The notes under the pieces were generated by a model. The model had not been told where the DNA came from. It worked only from the letters and a program-made list of their open reading frames with translations, and made no database searches. A stretch of 52,133 nt of DNA, taken from the NCBI GenBank assembly GCA_032718475.1, contig JAUCBJ010002018.1:1-52133 (forward strand). Reading direction: 5' to 3'. This DNA comes from Nemertoderma westbladi (taxonomy: Eukaryota; Animalia; Xenacoelomorpha). Of the stretch, positions 39,209-51,252 are shown in pieces (within the stretch, counting starts at the first letter, position 1; every line of letters starts with the position of its first letter). Position numbers and translations under genes: made by a program.

Positions 39209-40395
39209 GATGTCAGTTTTCAAACTTCTCGGCGGCGTGTTTGTCTGTATGCCTGTCAGTCTGCCCATGGCCTGGTCTGCCCATCAAAATATAACCGCCA
39301 GCCATAAAGGCAGACAATCGTTTGGAACCAGCAAATGTGAAAACTGATATCGGAAATGAATTCAGCGACCATGAAAACCCACACAGCAAAACTCTTAGTT
39401 GGAGGTGTGGTATAATTTTATTTTGAGAGACAGACAGTCGGTCAGACAGACTGTATTTTATTAAAAGTGAAAACTAACCTCGAAAATAAAATCACAGACC
39501 AGGAAACCCCACATATAAGTTTTTATGTTTAGAAAACATAGTCTGTATTTCTTTCTTACATAATAATTTGATTGAAATGAAAACATACTATAGTAAAATC
39601 GTCATATCTTGAAAATGGTACTTGAACCAACTATACGGAATTTCGTAACAAGAATAACTTTGTATATTTATTATTATTATTATTACTTTGTATTTTATCA
39701 ATGTGGTTCAACCAACCAAGGCGTCCTTTAATACATATTGATATTAAGTATTAAAGCTAAAGGACGCCTCCTGTTGGGTCAAATTTCAACAGAGGTGGAT
39801 GGGGGCGGGGGGGGGGGGGGGGGGATCCATAATCAGCCTGTTACCTTGTTTGTGGGGCGTGCCACGCAGTCGGGGCCAGTCTTAGCGCACAATTATAATT
39901 AGTAAATAGGGCAAAATGTCATGTCCGTCTGCCTGTCTGTCTTTCCGTCTGTAATGAAAAATTCATTCGTAAATAACTTTTGAGGATTTTTATCCATTTT
40001 CAACCAAATTTTGCATGGGCATACTAGATAAAACGTTGCAATATTTCTTAAAGTTACGGACAAATCGAACTTTTGACTCCAGATCAAATCGAAATTGTTT
40101 CGAACTTTCTCAAGTTCGCGTGCTGCGCGACGCCCCACGAACGTGTATTTAAAATTTTGGAGACAGGGGGGTGGGGGACCTGGACACAAAACCCGCCTTG
40201 GCGAAATAATATCCCGCCTAAATGTTAAATTCTCAATTTAGGGAAAGGAGCAGGTTACAGTGGCACGTTATTTGAACCAAAACAAAAAAAACTAAACACA
40301 ATAGAACAGGTAACAGTTTTATTTTTGAGAATAATCAGCTGTTATTTGCGTCGAATTTCCCCTGGGAGGAATGAATTTTTATTGCGTCCAGTCCC
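39209..40395 (+). repeat. Left copy of a dispersed non-coding element: segments 39209-39457 and 40201-40395, separated by ~750 bp
   Basis: Both segments match the reverse complement of 48463-48935 in collinear order. (GTCT)n-like tracts recall Helentron/DINE-1-type non-autonomous elements (inference). Confidence 0.7.
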
Positions 40396-40570
40396 CCCCC
40401 CCCCCCCCCCCCCCATCTGTTTCTTTGTATTCAGTATTCACTATTGTTTAAATTATTCTAACTCTTGCTGGACTGAAGTCAGTCAGAGTGTCATCATAGA
40501 ATCTCTTATCACATAAAAGTTATACAGTAACCTCTCTAGGCCTAACTGTTTAATTCAATACTCTAATACA

Positions 40571-42430
40571 ATGGAATCAACCGTCAAATTGCTAACGTCG
40601 CCTATGAAACTGGACAGAGACAAAGGGCTGGTTGCCTTGGAAGCGATGTTGCGGAAGATGAGGGACTCAGAAGTTGTTGATCTTTGGAACCTAATTGTTA
40701 GTTTGTGTCGTCAAGAAAGTCCAACCTGGGAGACTTTGCACGGATGTTTTACAGCGGCTGCGCTAATCATGAACCAACAACCCACCCCGTTAGAGACATC
40801 CTACACGGATATGCTACGGTTGGCATCCACCAATCTGGAACACAACGAATCGCGGGTTCGAACAGCGTGCGGCGACTTACTGGGCGTTATATGCGAGGTC
40901 TACGGGACGGAGAAGGTATACTGCAAAGTGAAAGACCGAGTGATTAATCTAATCGATAACAATCTGGTGAGTCCATCAGCCGAGGAACCCGAAACCCCCA
41001 CACCTACGGGACAGGCCGGAAAGGAATTCCTACAGGACATAGCAGGATGGCGCTTCTTAGAAACCAGTATCAACGCGCTTCTCTCGATAATACAAGGTTC
41101 CGGGGATAAGTTCATCCCGTACTTCGATAAACCATTGCTAGACCTCGTAGCTTCGACTAGTCGGCATCCTAACCGGTTCGTTAGAGAGACGGGATTCCAG
41201 ACGATCTCCGCTCTTATTGGCTGTCTCCAAGGCGACCAGTTCGCCGGGGATATCTCCAGCGTGCTTGCCGCCGGGCTCTCCGACAACTGGAGCCAGGTCC
41301 GCATGGCGGCGTCCGTAGCTACGCGTAGTTTCCTCGCCCGTTGCCCCACCGCGGAGTCCTATTACCCCCAACTCGTTCCCCCGATGTGTTTGAACCGGTA
41401 CTATGTGGCCGAGGGTGTTCGTGTTTACTCGCTCGCTACTTGGCGCTCGCGTTTCGGCGACACGGGACCGAGGGTAGTCGCGAGTTACGTGTCCGACGTT
41501 GTCGCCTTCTACGTGTCCCAGTCTGCGGCGACGAACCACGCGGTACGTGAGGCTGCCTGCTCCTGCATCGCGGAGTTAGCTAGTAAGATAGACCCGGAAG
41601 TAACTCGGCCGCACGTAGAGAAGTTACTGGCCGCGTTGTTAGAGGCCTTTAAGGACGACAGCTGGGCGGTAAGAGACGCCGCTTGTTTGGCTACCGGCAC
41701 TCTGGTAGAAGCATTCCCAGATATAGTGGATCTACAAAGACTACAATCTCTATATCCGTTATTCTACGCCAACCTGGAAGATAACATTCCTACAGTCCGC
41801 CAAGGAGCAGCTCTCTCATTGGCTAAAATTGCTAAAATACATGGCAACGCGGCGATAGAAGATTTGCAGGCGAAACTCGAGGTATTGTTGATTTCGGTTG
41901 CCAAGCAACCGAGCCAATCTGAGGCGTCTACCGACCAGCATACTGACCAACCAATGTACTCCTGCGGGTCCTTGGCCCCTAAGATGGGGCGAGCGGCTGT
42001 CGGTTGTTCCGACTGTCTGTTTAAACGGCCCACCCAGCCCTGGGAGCAGACCGACGGCGCGGTCTACTTACTCACAGAACTATCCGGCATACAGACTGCC
42101 AGTAGTCTGGTCACCTCATCGCTACCACTAGTAGCTAAATCAACCACCTACAAACATTATAAACATCACGTCAACCTGCTGGACACCGTCGCCAAATGCT
42201 TGCCTGTGATTGGTCGTCGTCTGGGGAAACAAAAGTTTAAGACCTATTTAGAGGGGTTTTACGATTCGCTGTTCTACGGATTGACCGTGGATAGTCCGCT
42301 AACCGTGGAATCCTGTAAGGAGTGTTTCCTAAATCTGTCTCAACTTATTGGTCCTAATATCCTTCAAGGGAGAGTTAATAACTATAACTCAACGTATCTG
42401 CCGATATTAACGTCGTTAATACCGCAGTGA
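40571..42430 (+). CDS. Intronless 619-aa HEAT/ARM-repeat protein of unknown function
   Basis: Long ATG-TGA ORF, GC-rich relative to its flanks. HEAT-like turns recur: HNESRVRTAC, HPNRFVRETG, SDNWSQVRMAA, NHAVREAAC, DDSWAVRDAAC, DNIPTVRQGAA. Confidence 0.9.
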   Translation: MESTVKLLTSPMKLDRDKGLVALEAMLRKMRDSEVVDLWNLIVSLCRQESPTWETLHGCFTAAALIMNQQPTPLETSYTDMLRLASTNLEHNESRVRTACGDLLGVICEVYGTEKVYCKVKDRVINLIDNNLVSPSAEEPETPTPTGQAGKEFLQDIAGWRFLETSINALLSIIQGSGDKFIPYFDKPLLDLVASTSRHPNRFVRETGFQTISALIGCLQGDQFAGDISSVLAAGLSDNWSQVRMAASVATRSFLARCPTAESYYPQLVPPMCLNRYYVAEGVRVYSLATWRSRFGDTGPRVVASYVSDVVAFYVSQSAATNHAVREAACSCIAELASKIDPEVTRPHVEKLLAALLEAFKDDSWAVRDAACLATGTLVEAFPDIVDLQRLQSLYPLFYANLEDNIPTVRQGAALSLAKIAKIHGNAAIEDLQAKLEVLLISVAKQPSQSEASTDQHTDQPMYSCGSLAPKMGRAAVGCSDCLFKRPTQPWEQTDGAVYLLTELSGIQTASSLVTSSLPLVAKSTTYKHYKHHVNLLDTVAKCLPVIGRRLGKQKFKTYLEGFYDSLFYGLTVDSPLTVESCKECFLNLSQLIGPNILQGRVNNYNSTYLPILTSLIPQ

Positions 42431-42790
42431 TAAACTCGAAATGTCATATAATGTACATAAATGGTATGATAATTTTGATAATGGTTTTGTATTTCATTAT
42501 CTGTTAAATTCTCATGATTTGAAAGTGAAACTTAAAATTTACATTCAGTTTATCTATCAGCATTATACAATAATAATTATTATAATGTAATTTATTTAAA
42601 AAATAATTTATTTCTCGACTACTCGGCGCCGGTTCTAGTTATCATTGTCACTCCCTACTCCGAAATAGTTTATACTTAGTAACGGTTCCGAGACACACAA
42701 GTCAAAATAAAAGAACGCATTGTATATTGGTTCCCACAATAGCCAACATCCAACCCACCACAATAGTGCACCATTGCACAATGCACTTAC

Positions 42791-42925
42791 TCAAGCAGAA
42801 TGTACGACAAAAGATAGCTTTCCTTTTGTTGGACTTGAAGGGCCTAAATAATTTAGACCATATGGGACACAAGTCAACGCACAATCGAGCCAATTCGTAT
42901 GAATTCCGTGTTGCCATTTCATAAA
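42791..42925 (-). other. Candidate additional 135-bp exon of the minus-strand gene
   Basis: Acceptor tttatag and donor GTAAGT. It is open in phase 1/1, which fits the 38908 acceptor. No recognisable domain. Confidence 0.25.
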
Positions 42926-44574
42926 CTATAAATAATTATTCATTATTCATTCAATTATTCACAGTAGTGACAGCGTATATAAAGGGAAAGTTAGTCGATT
43001 TGTAACATTTTAAATCAATCGAACTTACTAAACACTGGTCACTGATTGCGATTGGCCTATATGATTTTCAAATACACGATCACCCAATATAACAACTTTT
43101 ATTTTTAAATTGTTACTTTTTCGATCGAATTTAACTCAAAATCGGGAGAAAAATTAGTACTTTTTTCCATAGGGAAAAAGATAATATAAAATATTTTTAG
43201 TGGAATTTCTTAAATTACATGTGTTGAAAGAGCATCGACGTAGAAAAGGTTTGCCAGTAATTTGAGCAAAATCAATTCACACATTCAATATCCAATATTG
43301 GTTTATGTAGTTAAGCGGCTCTCTAGTTACGTAATAAATATTCGAGAACACTAAATTATTTGCCATTGAGTAAGGCAGTAGTATCAGGAGTTTGTTGAAG
43401 AGTGTAATAATTTGAATCGCAGTAACTATGGAAGCAATATAGTAAAATACAACAGTTCAATTAATTTTGTAACACTATCGTTATATATTTTATTAAAGAA
43501 TTGAGTAACAAAAAAAGTACCAATTTAAGAATAAAATATAATACGTGGTATATCATGGAAAAAAAACGCAGAACATTATTTTTCAATATTATCTAGACCC
43601 TTTATTAACCTCACTGGCGCTCAGTAAATATAATGCTTCGAGAATAGTGAACAAAGGTTATGTTTTCCCATGTAATAAATAAATTATTTTTAACAACTCG
43701 TATGCCCCACTATTTCATTTGAATTTCAATGGAATGCTACGAAATCACACTACCACTGTGTGTATTTATCAAGGCGATACCTAGTACAGTACATTAATAC
43801 ATTAGTAAATTATCGGTCTCCGCTAGCAGAGGCCAGAATTCCGGTGTCATGGCCTGTACCGGAGGTGATATGATTTAGTGCTAGACACTGTTACTGTTTA
43901 ACGGCCATCATCTGAAAGAAAGTCAATAAGTCAAATAAACGGCCGCTGTCAATAACAAGGGATGGGGGAATTTTCCCGGGCACTGGTAGAGAGCTATATC
44001 AGTACAGTATTCATTTATAGAAGAAAATAAGTTTTGTATGTTTATTAGAAACTAGTTATTCTCACACCCGGCCAAATTTGGAGGCCTGACTATTTGGACG
44101 CAAACTTATCAACCAGATTAATCCTCAGAGGACTTTAGATCTGTATCAGTTTTTGACCTGCTACTGGCCTCTGGCCGTGGGCCAGATATAAAGTGGAGGG
44201 CTTTATACATATCAATATAATACAGTAGTATCAATTAATAGATAGTTGCGGGACGAAGAACCCGGATTAGACTTGCTTGCCACTGCTATCGCACTCAGAA
44301 CTGACCAGCCTGTATCAATTCTGATGTTGTTCTATGGTAGCCGGCTGGCGATACATAACGTGGTAGTCGGCCAATTGGCATTCCGGGAACCTCTGCTAAC
44401 TATTGTCATGCACGATAATACAGATGGATTGGGGGGGGGGGGGGGGGGGGGGGGTGGTTATAAGGATGAACGCGAACTATGGAGGTGTTGCGTTGGGGCG
44501 GGTCGGCGATGCATCCTAGTGGTGTTGAGAATGTACGTACAGTGTGCACCCACCACAAACTACAGTTAGTAGTA

Positions 44575-44742
44575 CACAACTCCCTATCACTCATGACATA
44601 CAGTAGATCATCCGCATCTTCAAGGCCAGTGTCCTTAAAGATACGTCTCAAGAAAGTCATGGGCTGTCCATCATGTTTATTCACTCCACGAGGCCGCCAA
44701 AGCACATGATTATGCACTGGCTGGTCCTCACGGCAAAAGCAA
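44575..44742 (-). mobile_element. Short fragment of the same RTE-clade LINE (3' end of ORF)
   Basis: HNHVLWRPRGVNKHDGQPMTFLRRIFKDTGLEDADDL matches the C-terminus of ORF 8637..9515. Confidence 0.88.
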
Positions 44743-45773
44743 ACTACCCTACAGTAGTTACCATATCAACCTATTTTGATATTACTGTACATACATTTAC
44801 ATACAGTCAGGCAGTATAAGAGAATTCTAATTTTTTGGCTCCATCCGTGTTGGGTGGGATGGGGGGGGGGGGGGGGGGGGGGGTTCTTTCTTAAAGTTAT
44901 TATTTTATTCCTTCATTCGTGCTCTCCCTTTGATGAGTCATCCATCACGTCACGACTGCTGCATCCGATTGGGGAAATTCCATTCAAACTGACTGTGTAA
45001 GTGCACTCCCTGACTTCGTACTTACAGTAGCTTAACAATGATACTGCTATGCAAGTAACGCAAGCGTTAACATTGCGTTACTGTTTCAATTATAGGTACC
45101 TTTCCAGAGCCCCTCACAATCATACTTTTGTGCTCATTACATAGGTAGTGACAACGGTAGCACCGCACATTTGACAATAGGACGCACCTATTGCGTCTGT
45201 CCTGTCTGTCTGTGCGTCGTGCTGTATATTATATTACTGGGGGAATAGACTTGTGCGAATAGGTCGAGGGGCGAATCGACCTGCACCCAGAGCAGGAGTA
45301 GCGCATATACTGACTGACTGATATACGTTCTGCTTCTGACGTTTGATTCAAATAGGCCTACGATTGTGAATTGAATTGACTGATTGATCCACCAAATACG
45401 ATTGGCAAATACCGGCTGACCGGTACAGCGGTACGACAGGTAGAGCTAGCTATCGTACAGCATCGTATGCAGGTATGCAAACAAATACTGACTTTAAATT
45501 AGGCCTAACCCACAAGTCAAGTAGGTTTACCGTCAGACCGTACACCGTACCTACCGAACAAATCAAGTTATTTTAATTATTACTGTATTATCAGATAATT
45601 AAAAATATTACCGGCATTTATTCTGTCTGGCTAGACTAGCTGTGTTGACGTAACCAAAACCTGGCAACCAACTGCAACCCGAAGAACCGAAACATTCATT
45701 CACCTCTGCACCTGTCTGCCTGTCAGCCTGTTCACACACTAACAGACTAAACATACTGACATATTCTTATAAA

Positions 45774-47735
45774 ATGCCATCTGAAAGCGCGAAACGACGG
45801 GCCCAAGCGAAAAAACAAAAATCCCAAGGGCAGGGGAAAGCCGCGAACGGAGTTCCTGGATCGCGCAAACAATCCCTGGACTACGGCGATGCGGGAGACT
45901 TACTGACCAACGGGAACTGTAATGGCAGCGGGAGTATCAGCCGAAACGATTCGGTTGCGAGTCAACTGTCGCAACTCGATATCGATAAAGCGGCGGCCCG
46001 GAGCGCTACGGGAGTTCTGGGATCCCACCCGGACAGCCGGGACCTCCACATCGACGAGCTATCGATTACCTTCCACGGGGTAGAGCTGCTCAGTAGCACC
46101 GGGTTGGAGTTGAACACGGGCCAGCGGTACGGGCTGATCGGGTTGAACGGGTGCGGGAAGTCAACGTTGTTGTCGGTCCTCGCGATGCGAGAAATCCCCA
46201 TCCCGGATCACATCGATATATTCCATCTGAGTTCCGAGATGCCCCCCAGCGAGATGACGCCACTGGAGGCGGTGATGGAAGTTGACGTGGAGAGGAACCG
46301 GTTAGAGGACGAGGCAGCCGCCATCATAGGCAGGGACGACAACGACAACCTGACGAACAGACTAACAGACATCTACGAACGATTAGAGGAACTGGAAGCT
46401 GAATCAGCCGAATCCAACGCCGCTAGACTGCTTCACGGCTTGGGATTCACTACACTAATGATGCAAAAGAAAATGAAACATTTCTCCGGGGGTTGGCGGA
46501 TGCGTATCGCTTTGGCGCGCGCGCTCTACATCAAACCCAGTTTGCTACTGATGGACGAGCCGACAAACCATCTGGATCTCGAGGCGTGCGTGTGGTTGGA
46601 GGACGAGTTAAAGCGATATAAACGGATCCTAGTAATTATTAGCCACTCGCAGGACTTCCTCAACGGCGTCTGCACCAACATAGTGCACTTCCATCGCGGG
46701 TCTCTAATCCCCTACACCGGGAACTACGACCAGTTCGTACAGACACGTCGGGAACTCGAAGACAACCAAATGAAACAATACCGCTGGGAGCAGGATCAGA
46801 TCTCCCACATGAAGGATTACATAGCGCGGTTCGGTCACGGAAGCGCCAAACTAGCGCGACAAGCGCAAAGTAAAGAGAAGACGCTGGCCAAGATGGTAGC
46901 TGGGGGATTGGCGGAGAAGGTTATAAACGATAAAACGGTTAACTTTTCCTTCGCAGAGTGCGGCAAGGTGCCACCGCCGGTGATTATGGTGCAGAATGTT
47001 AGCTTTAGGTATTCGGCTGATACGCCGGTTATCTACGATAACATCGATTTCGGGTTGGATTGCGACGCGAGGTGGGCGTTGGTTGGGCCCAACGGGGCCG
47101 GTAAGAGTACTCTGCTGAAATTGATAGCCGGCGAGTTGTTCCCAACGGACGGGATCATAAGGAAGAACACGCATCTACGTATCGGGAGGTATCACCAGCA
47201 TCTCAACGATCAGATGGACGTGGATTTAAGTCCCGTCGACTTTATGTTGAAAGAATTCCCTGAGGTTAAAGAGAGAGACGCTATGCGGAAGATAGTCGGC
47301 CGGTATGGGCTCACTGGGAAGCAGCAGGTCTGTCCGATAGCTAATCTATCGGACGGACAGCGGTGTCGGGTCACCTTCGCGTGGTTGGCATGGAGACAGC
47401 CGCATATGCTGCTTCTAGACGAACCGACTAACCATCTCGATATAGAGACCATAGACGCACTAGCCGACGCTATTAAGGCCTACGACGGGGGTCTGGTATT
47501 GGTCTCCCACGACTTCCGACTGATCAGCCAGGTGGCCAATGAGATTTGGATCTGTAACCACCAGAAGATAACGCGATGGGAAGGAGACATCTTATCTTAT
47601 AAGAAACATCTCAAGAAGAAGATCTTATTGGAGGAATCCTCGGCCGTAAAGAAGGTCGCTTTAGTGTCGGACCGGAAACCCACCAAAGGGAGCACGTCGG
47701 TATCCAAAGGCAACGCGGCCAAAGGAAAGAAATAG
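45774..47735 (+). CDS. ABCF2: ATP-binding cassette subfamily F member 2, intronless, 653 aa
   Basis: Two ABC domains and no transmembrane segments: GLNGCGKST / FSGGWRMR / [12 protein letters not shown] and GPNGAGKST / LSDGQ / [11 protein letters not shown]. The linker [21 protein letters not shown] and the N-terminal MPS..AK pattern are ABCF2-typical. Confidence 0.96.
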   Translation: MPSESAKRRAQAKKQKSQGQGKAANGVPGSRKQSLDYGDAGDLLTNGNCNGSGSISRNDSVASQLSQLDIDKAAARSATGVLGSHPDSRDLHIDELSITFHGVELLSSTGLELNTGQRYGLIGLNGCGKSTLLSVLAMREIPIPDHIDIFHLSSEMPPSEMTPLEAVMEVDVERNRLEDEAAAIIGRDDNDNLTNRLTDIYERLEELEAESAESNAARLLHGLGFTTLMMQKKMKHFSGGWRMRIALARALYIKPSLLLMDEPTNHLDLEACVWLEDELKRYKRILVIISHSQDFLNGVCTNIVHFHRGSLIPYTGNYDQFVQTRRELEDNQMKQYRWEQDQISHMKDYIARFGHGSAKLARQAQSKEKTLAKMVAGGLAEKVINDKTVNFSFAECGKVPPPVIMVQNVSFRYSADTPVIYDNIDFGLDCDARWALVGPNGAGKSTLLKLIAGELFPTDGIIRKNTHLRIGRYHQHLNDQMDVDLSPVDFMLKEFPEVKERDAMRKIVGRYGLTGKQQVCPIANLSDGQRCRVTFAWLAWRQPHMLLLDEPTNHLDIETIDALADAIKAYDGGLVLVSHDFRLISQVANEIWICNHQKITRWEGDILSYKKHLKKKILLEESSAVKKVALVSDRKPTKGSTSVSKGNAAKGKK

Positions 47736-47907
47736 ATGAATGTGGTCATTATTATTGCATTGTTCGAGTTGAACTAAAGAAGGAAGTGTTTAGCGGTTAT
47801 TATCTGCGACGGTTTGGTTGCTTCTGGTGCTATTATACTTTGACCTCGCGTGTAGAGAGGTTCGGGAAATGTTGCTCTTTATTGTACAGAATGTAACAAT
47901 GGCGAAT

Positions 47908-47913
47908 AATAAA
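47908..47913 (+). promoter_or_regulatory. Candidate polyadenylation signal AATAAA for ABCF2
   Basis: Lies about 170 bp after the stop codon. The AT-rich context makes this weak evidence. Confidence 0.35.
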
Positions 47914-48462
47914 TTAATAATTTATGATAGCTTTCATAATCTATTTTATTTATTTATTTAAAGGGAACGCCCTATGGCGGTATTGTTTTTAGTCTTAAAT
48001 CCTATCTCTGTCTCATTGTTACTTTTTTGCTCGTTATTAGCTGTCATTTGAGAGTTAAATATCGGAGATGATATATAAACTGGCCTCGCAGTGTTGGTCA
48101 AGAGCTCTATTGCTGATACCGTGTAAGTGTAACATGGGGTTTGGGAATACACCACTTCCATACACCGTGCGGTGTCGGAACTTTATTAAAAGGAAAAGAT
48201 AAATAACTAATTATTAATGTTGTGTGATGTGCGTGGGTTTAGGGTGGAGTACAAATCCAGACTGCAGATTAACTAAAGTAGATAACTTAAAAAGCAAGCT
48301 GGCTGGAAACCTAAACTGCCTAAATACTGTTTAAATATAAATTAAGATTAAACAAAAATACCTAGTCCGTATTTTGGGATCGAACCATCTTATGTCTCGC
48401 GTTTTACCGAGTGAGCTAACGGAGATAAATCACCACAACAACACAGATATGAGGGGGGTGAT

Positions 48463-48935
48463 GGGGACTTTCGGCGCAATAAAAAAACCATCCCTCTCCA
48501 GAGGAAAACCGACGCAACTGACACCTGATTATTCCCAAAATAAAAAGGTAACTAGTTCTATTGATATTAGTTTATTGTTTTGGTTAGAATAATGTGCCAC
48601 TATGTAACCTGCTCCTTTCCCCTAAATTGGTAATTTAGCATTGAGACGTGAAAATTAATTCGCAGAGATGAGATTTGCGTTTTTAATGACATCTAATATC
48701 TGTAAGTCTGTCTATCGGACTGCCAGACAGGTCTGTCCGCCAAAATATAAGAAAAGGTCACACCCATCTAGCTAAAAGTTTAGCTAGGGGCTTTTCTGGT
48801 CGCAGAATTCATTTCGAGTGTCAGTTTTCACAAATTATGGCTTACAAACTGGTCAGGCTGTCGGTTATATTTTGATGGACAGACTGTCAGGAATTACAGA
48901 CATAAACGATGCCGCCAAATTTGAATACTGACATC
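48463..48935 (-). repeat. Right, inverted copy of the element at 39209-40395
   Basis: For example, TGTAACCTGCTCCTTTCCCCTAAATT (48603-48628) versus AATTTAGGGAAAGGAGCAGGTTACA (40235-40259). GAATTCATTTCGAGTGTCAGTTTTCACA pairs with TGTGAAAACTGATATCGGAAATGAATTC. Confidence 0.75.
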
Positions 48936-49309
48936 GGAAAAGAAGTCACCGATCAAGAAAACCCAAATAGGATTTTGTTAGCCAGATAATATGCTTTGTA
49001 TTGTTTTGGGGACATACTGACCTACAGAAAAGATCGACAGTCTAACGGACAGACAACCATTTCTCGAGAAGTAAAAAAGATCTTGATAAATGATTTTCAA
49101 ATTTAGAATCTTGATAAAAATCAGCTCTAGATGTAATGGGAACAAAATTAAAAAATAAATTTGAAAGCCAGTAGGCCTAGGAAACAGATGTATGGGTATG
49201 GAAACAGTTTAATCTCTGACGAGAACTCGTTCGTCAGTGATGGCGATGGGTACTAAACAGGCCAAGTAATGTAACAGCTAATATAATAATACACGTTATG
49301 ACGTAATTG

Positions 49310-49805
49310 GCACGCTGCATTGCAGCCGCATTAAGATTATATGCCGGCTTATCGTAAAAATTGCGACCGTGCCACAACTCCTTATCCCCCATGACTTTCG
49401 CGAGATTATCCGCATCTTCAAGGTCAGTGCCCTTTAAGAGGCGTCTCTAGAAAGTCATGAGCTGTCCAGGTCCACCATGCTTATTTTCTCCACGAGGACA
49501 CCTAAGCATAAGCTGGACCTCACGGCGAAAGCAATGTCCTGCAAAGCGGAGGCGGCTGTCATCCAGATACTGGTTCTACTGCTGCTCTAAATAGTCTGAC
49601 CTTAAGTTTCCGACGTATTCTGTGTAAGCACACCATCATTAGAGCTTATGCTCATGTGATCAGACCTGCCCTGGGGACTTTCGAAGTTAACAGCCAGAAT
49701 TGGGGTCTTTTTTGGATTAACAAAAAAGACGAACACTAGACGCAGCCTGTTGTTAAGGCCCGTTGGGCCCCATCTAAGAGATTATATTCTAAATCATCAG
49801 CAAAT
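49310..49805 (-). mobile_element. Old degenerate copy of the RTE-clade LINE with several internal deletions
   Basis: Collinear patches match 8615-9416, for example CCTCACGGCGAAAGCAATGTCCTGCAAAGCGGAG, ACTGCTGCTCTAAATA and GAGCTTATGCTCAT. Confidence 0.87.
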
Positions 49806-51252
49806 ACACTATATCAGCTTGGATGGATATCCTCGGGGGGGGGGGGGGGGGGGGGGCGTTTCGACGTAAATAGTTATTATATGATACGTGAGTAAATAAA
49901 ACACCCTGAACACGTTCCTGAACACGTTGCATTGAGCCTCTGTTATTTCTATAAAGTGTAACGTTCGTAATTTACTTACTACCAACGGTATAGTTGTCAC
50001 TCCAGAGATAAACCTAATACCTATCGTGCGTTACCAGGACATCGCATTCTTGTGTTATTTTTTCTTTGGAGTTGTGATGTATTTTATGCGTCATCGTTTT
50101 GATTTACGTGGGGCATCTTTAGAAACGTCCACGGGTTTTTGATATTTCGCATAATATATATAAAATGTAAATAAATAAAGTTGAATAACTTAATAAGAGG
50201 TTATTATTTAATGTTTGGGATATTGCCTCGTAACTATAAGTACAAAATAACTGTTATTTCACTCACAGAAAATGTTATTTGGGCACAACCGCACACAACG
50301 ATATGGAACTAACGACTTCTTAACATTTATTTACACATTCGTGGGGTCTTCGCGCAGCACGAGGCTCAGTTATAATAATGCAAAATTAATTTTATATGTG
50401 ATTAATTAATTTTATCAGAAATCGGTATGTAAGAATTTTAACCAAACCGCCAATAAATCAAATAAGAAGGAGAAAGTTCCCCCCTCCAACCCCCTTTTAA
50501 TCTGCACCCCAACCCAAAGGCGCACAGAGGATTTGTTGACATGCAGGTATTAATTGACAGAGATTGGGTGTTTTAAAAGTAATATATTTTAGGCGTGCAG
50601 GCGACCCAATTATTACTGGTTGGTTATTGGTTAACTACAATTATTATTAAATCTTATAATATAAAATAATTAATTTACATGAAAGGACACGCTGAAAATT
50701 CAGTTTTTTACTACAGATAACACAATTAACTTTTTTTGATCTTATCTTTTCGTAGGCCACACGTAAATTCTACTTGGAACATTTCCCAACTTTTGACAGA
50801 CTATTTGTGTACCAAGTTTAGTTATTTAGTTAGATTTCATGAGGATTGGCTTTATTATTATTTAGCGTTTAAATATTGGGATCTACAGAACGACAAACAC
50901 ACAGGTCGAGATAGTGATACCCGTATGCTAAGCTCGCATACTGTCGCGGCTCGCCCCACATTATCTATATATTTTAATTAATTACAAATTACTTAATCTA
51001 ACTAAATTCGCGAAAAATTTAAAATGACAACTGATCTACAACGAGTGTGAGGTAGCAGTTAAAGATATAATCTAAGATCTAATTTGAAAATGGTAGTCCT
51101 ACCACAGCGGCACATCGCGAAGGGAAGAGCTTATCAAACTCAAACAATGTCGGAAAAACGTAGTTGGTTCATTTATGTTATAGTTTCCACCCAGTTCCAC
51201 CATGAATTTATATTCGTGTAAATTAATTGGATACGTAATGAAAAATTATGAA

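Noticed and set aside
49214-49240. CTGACGAG..CTCG as a minimal hammerhead ribozyme
   Set aside because: It lacks the GAAA strand and is only a short hairpin (CTGACGA/TCGTCAG).
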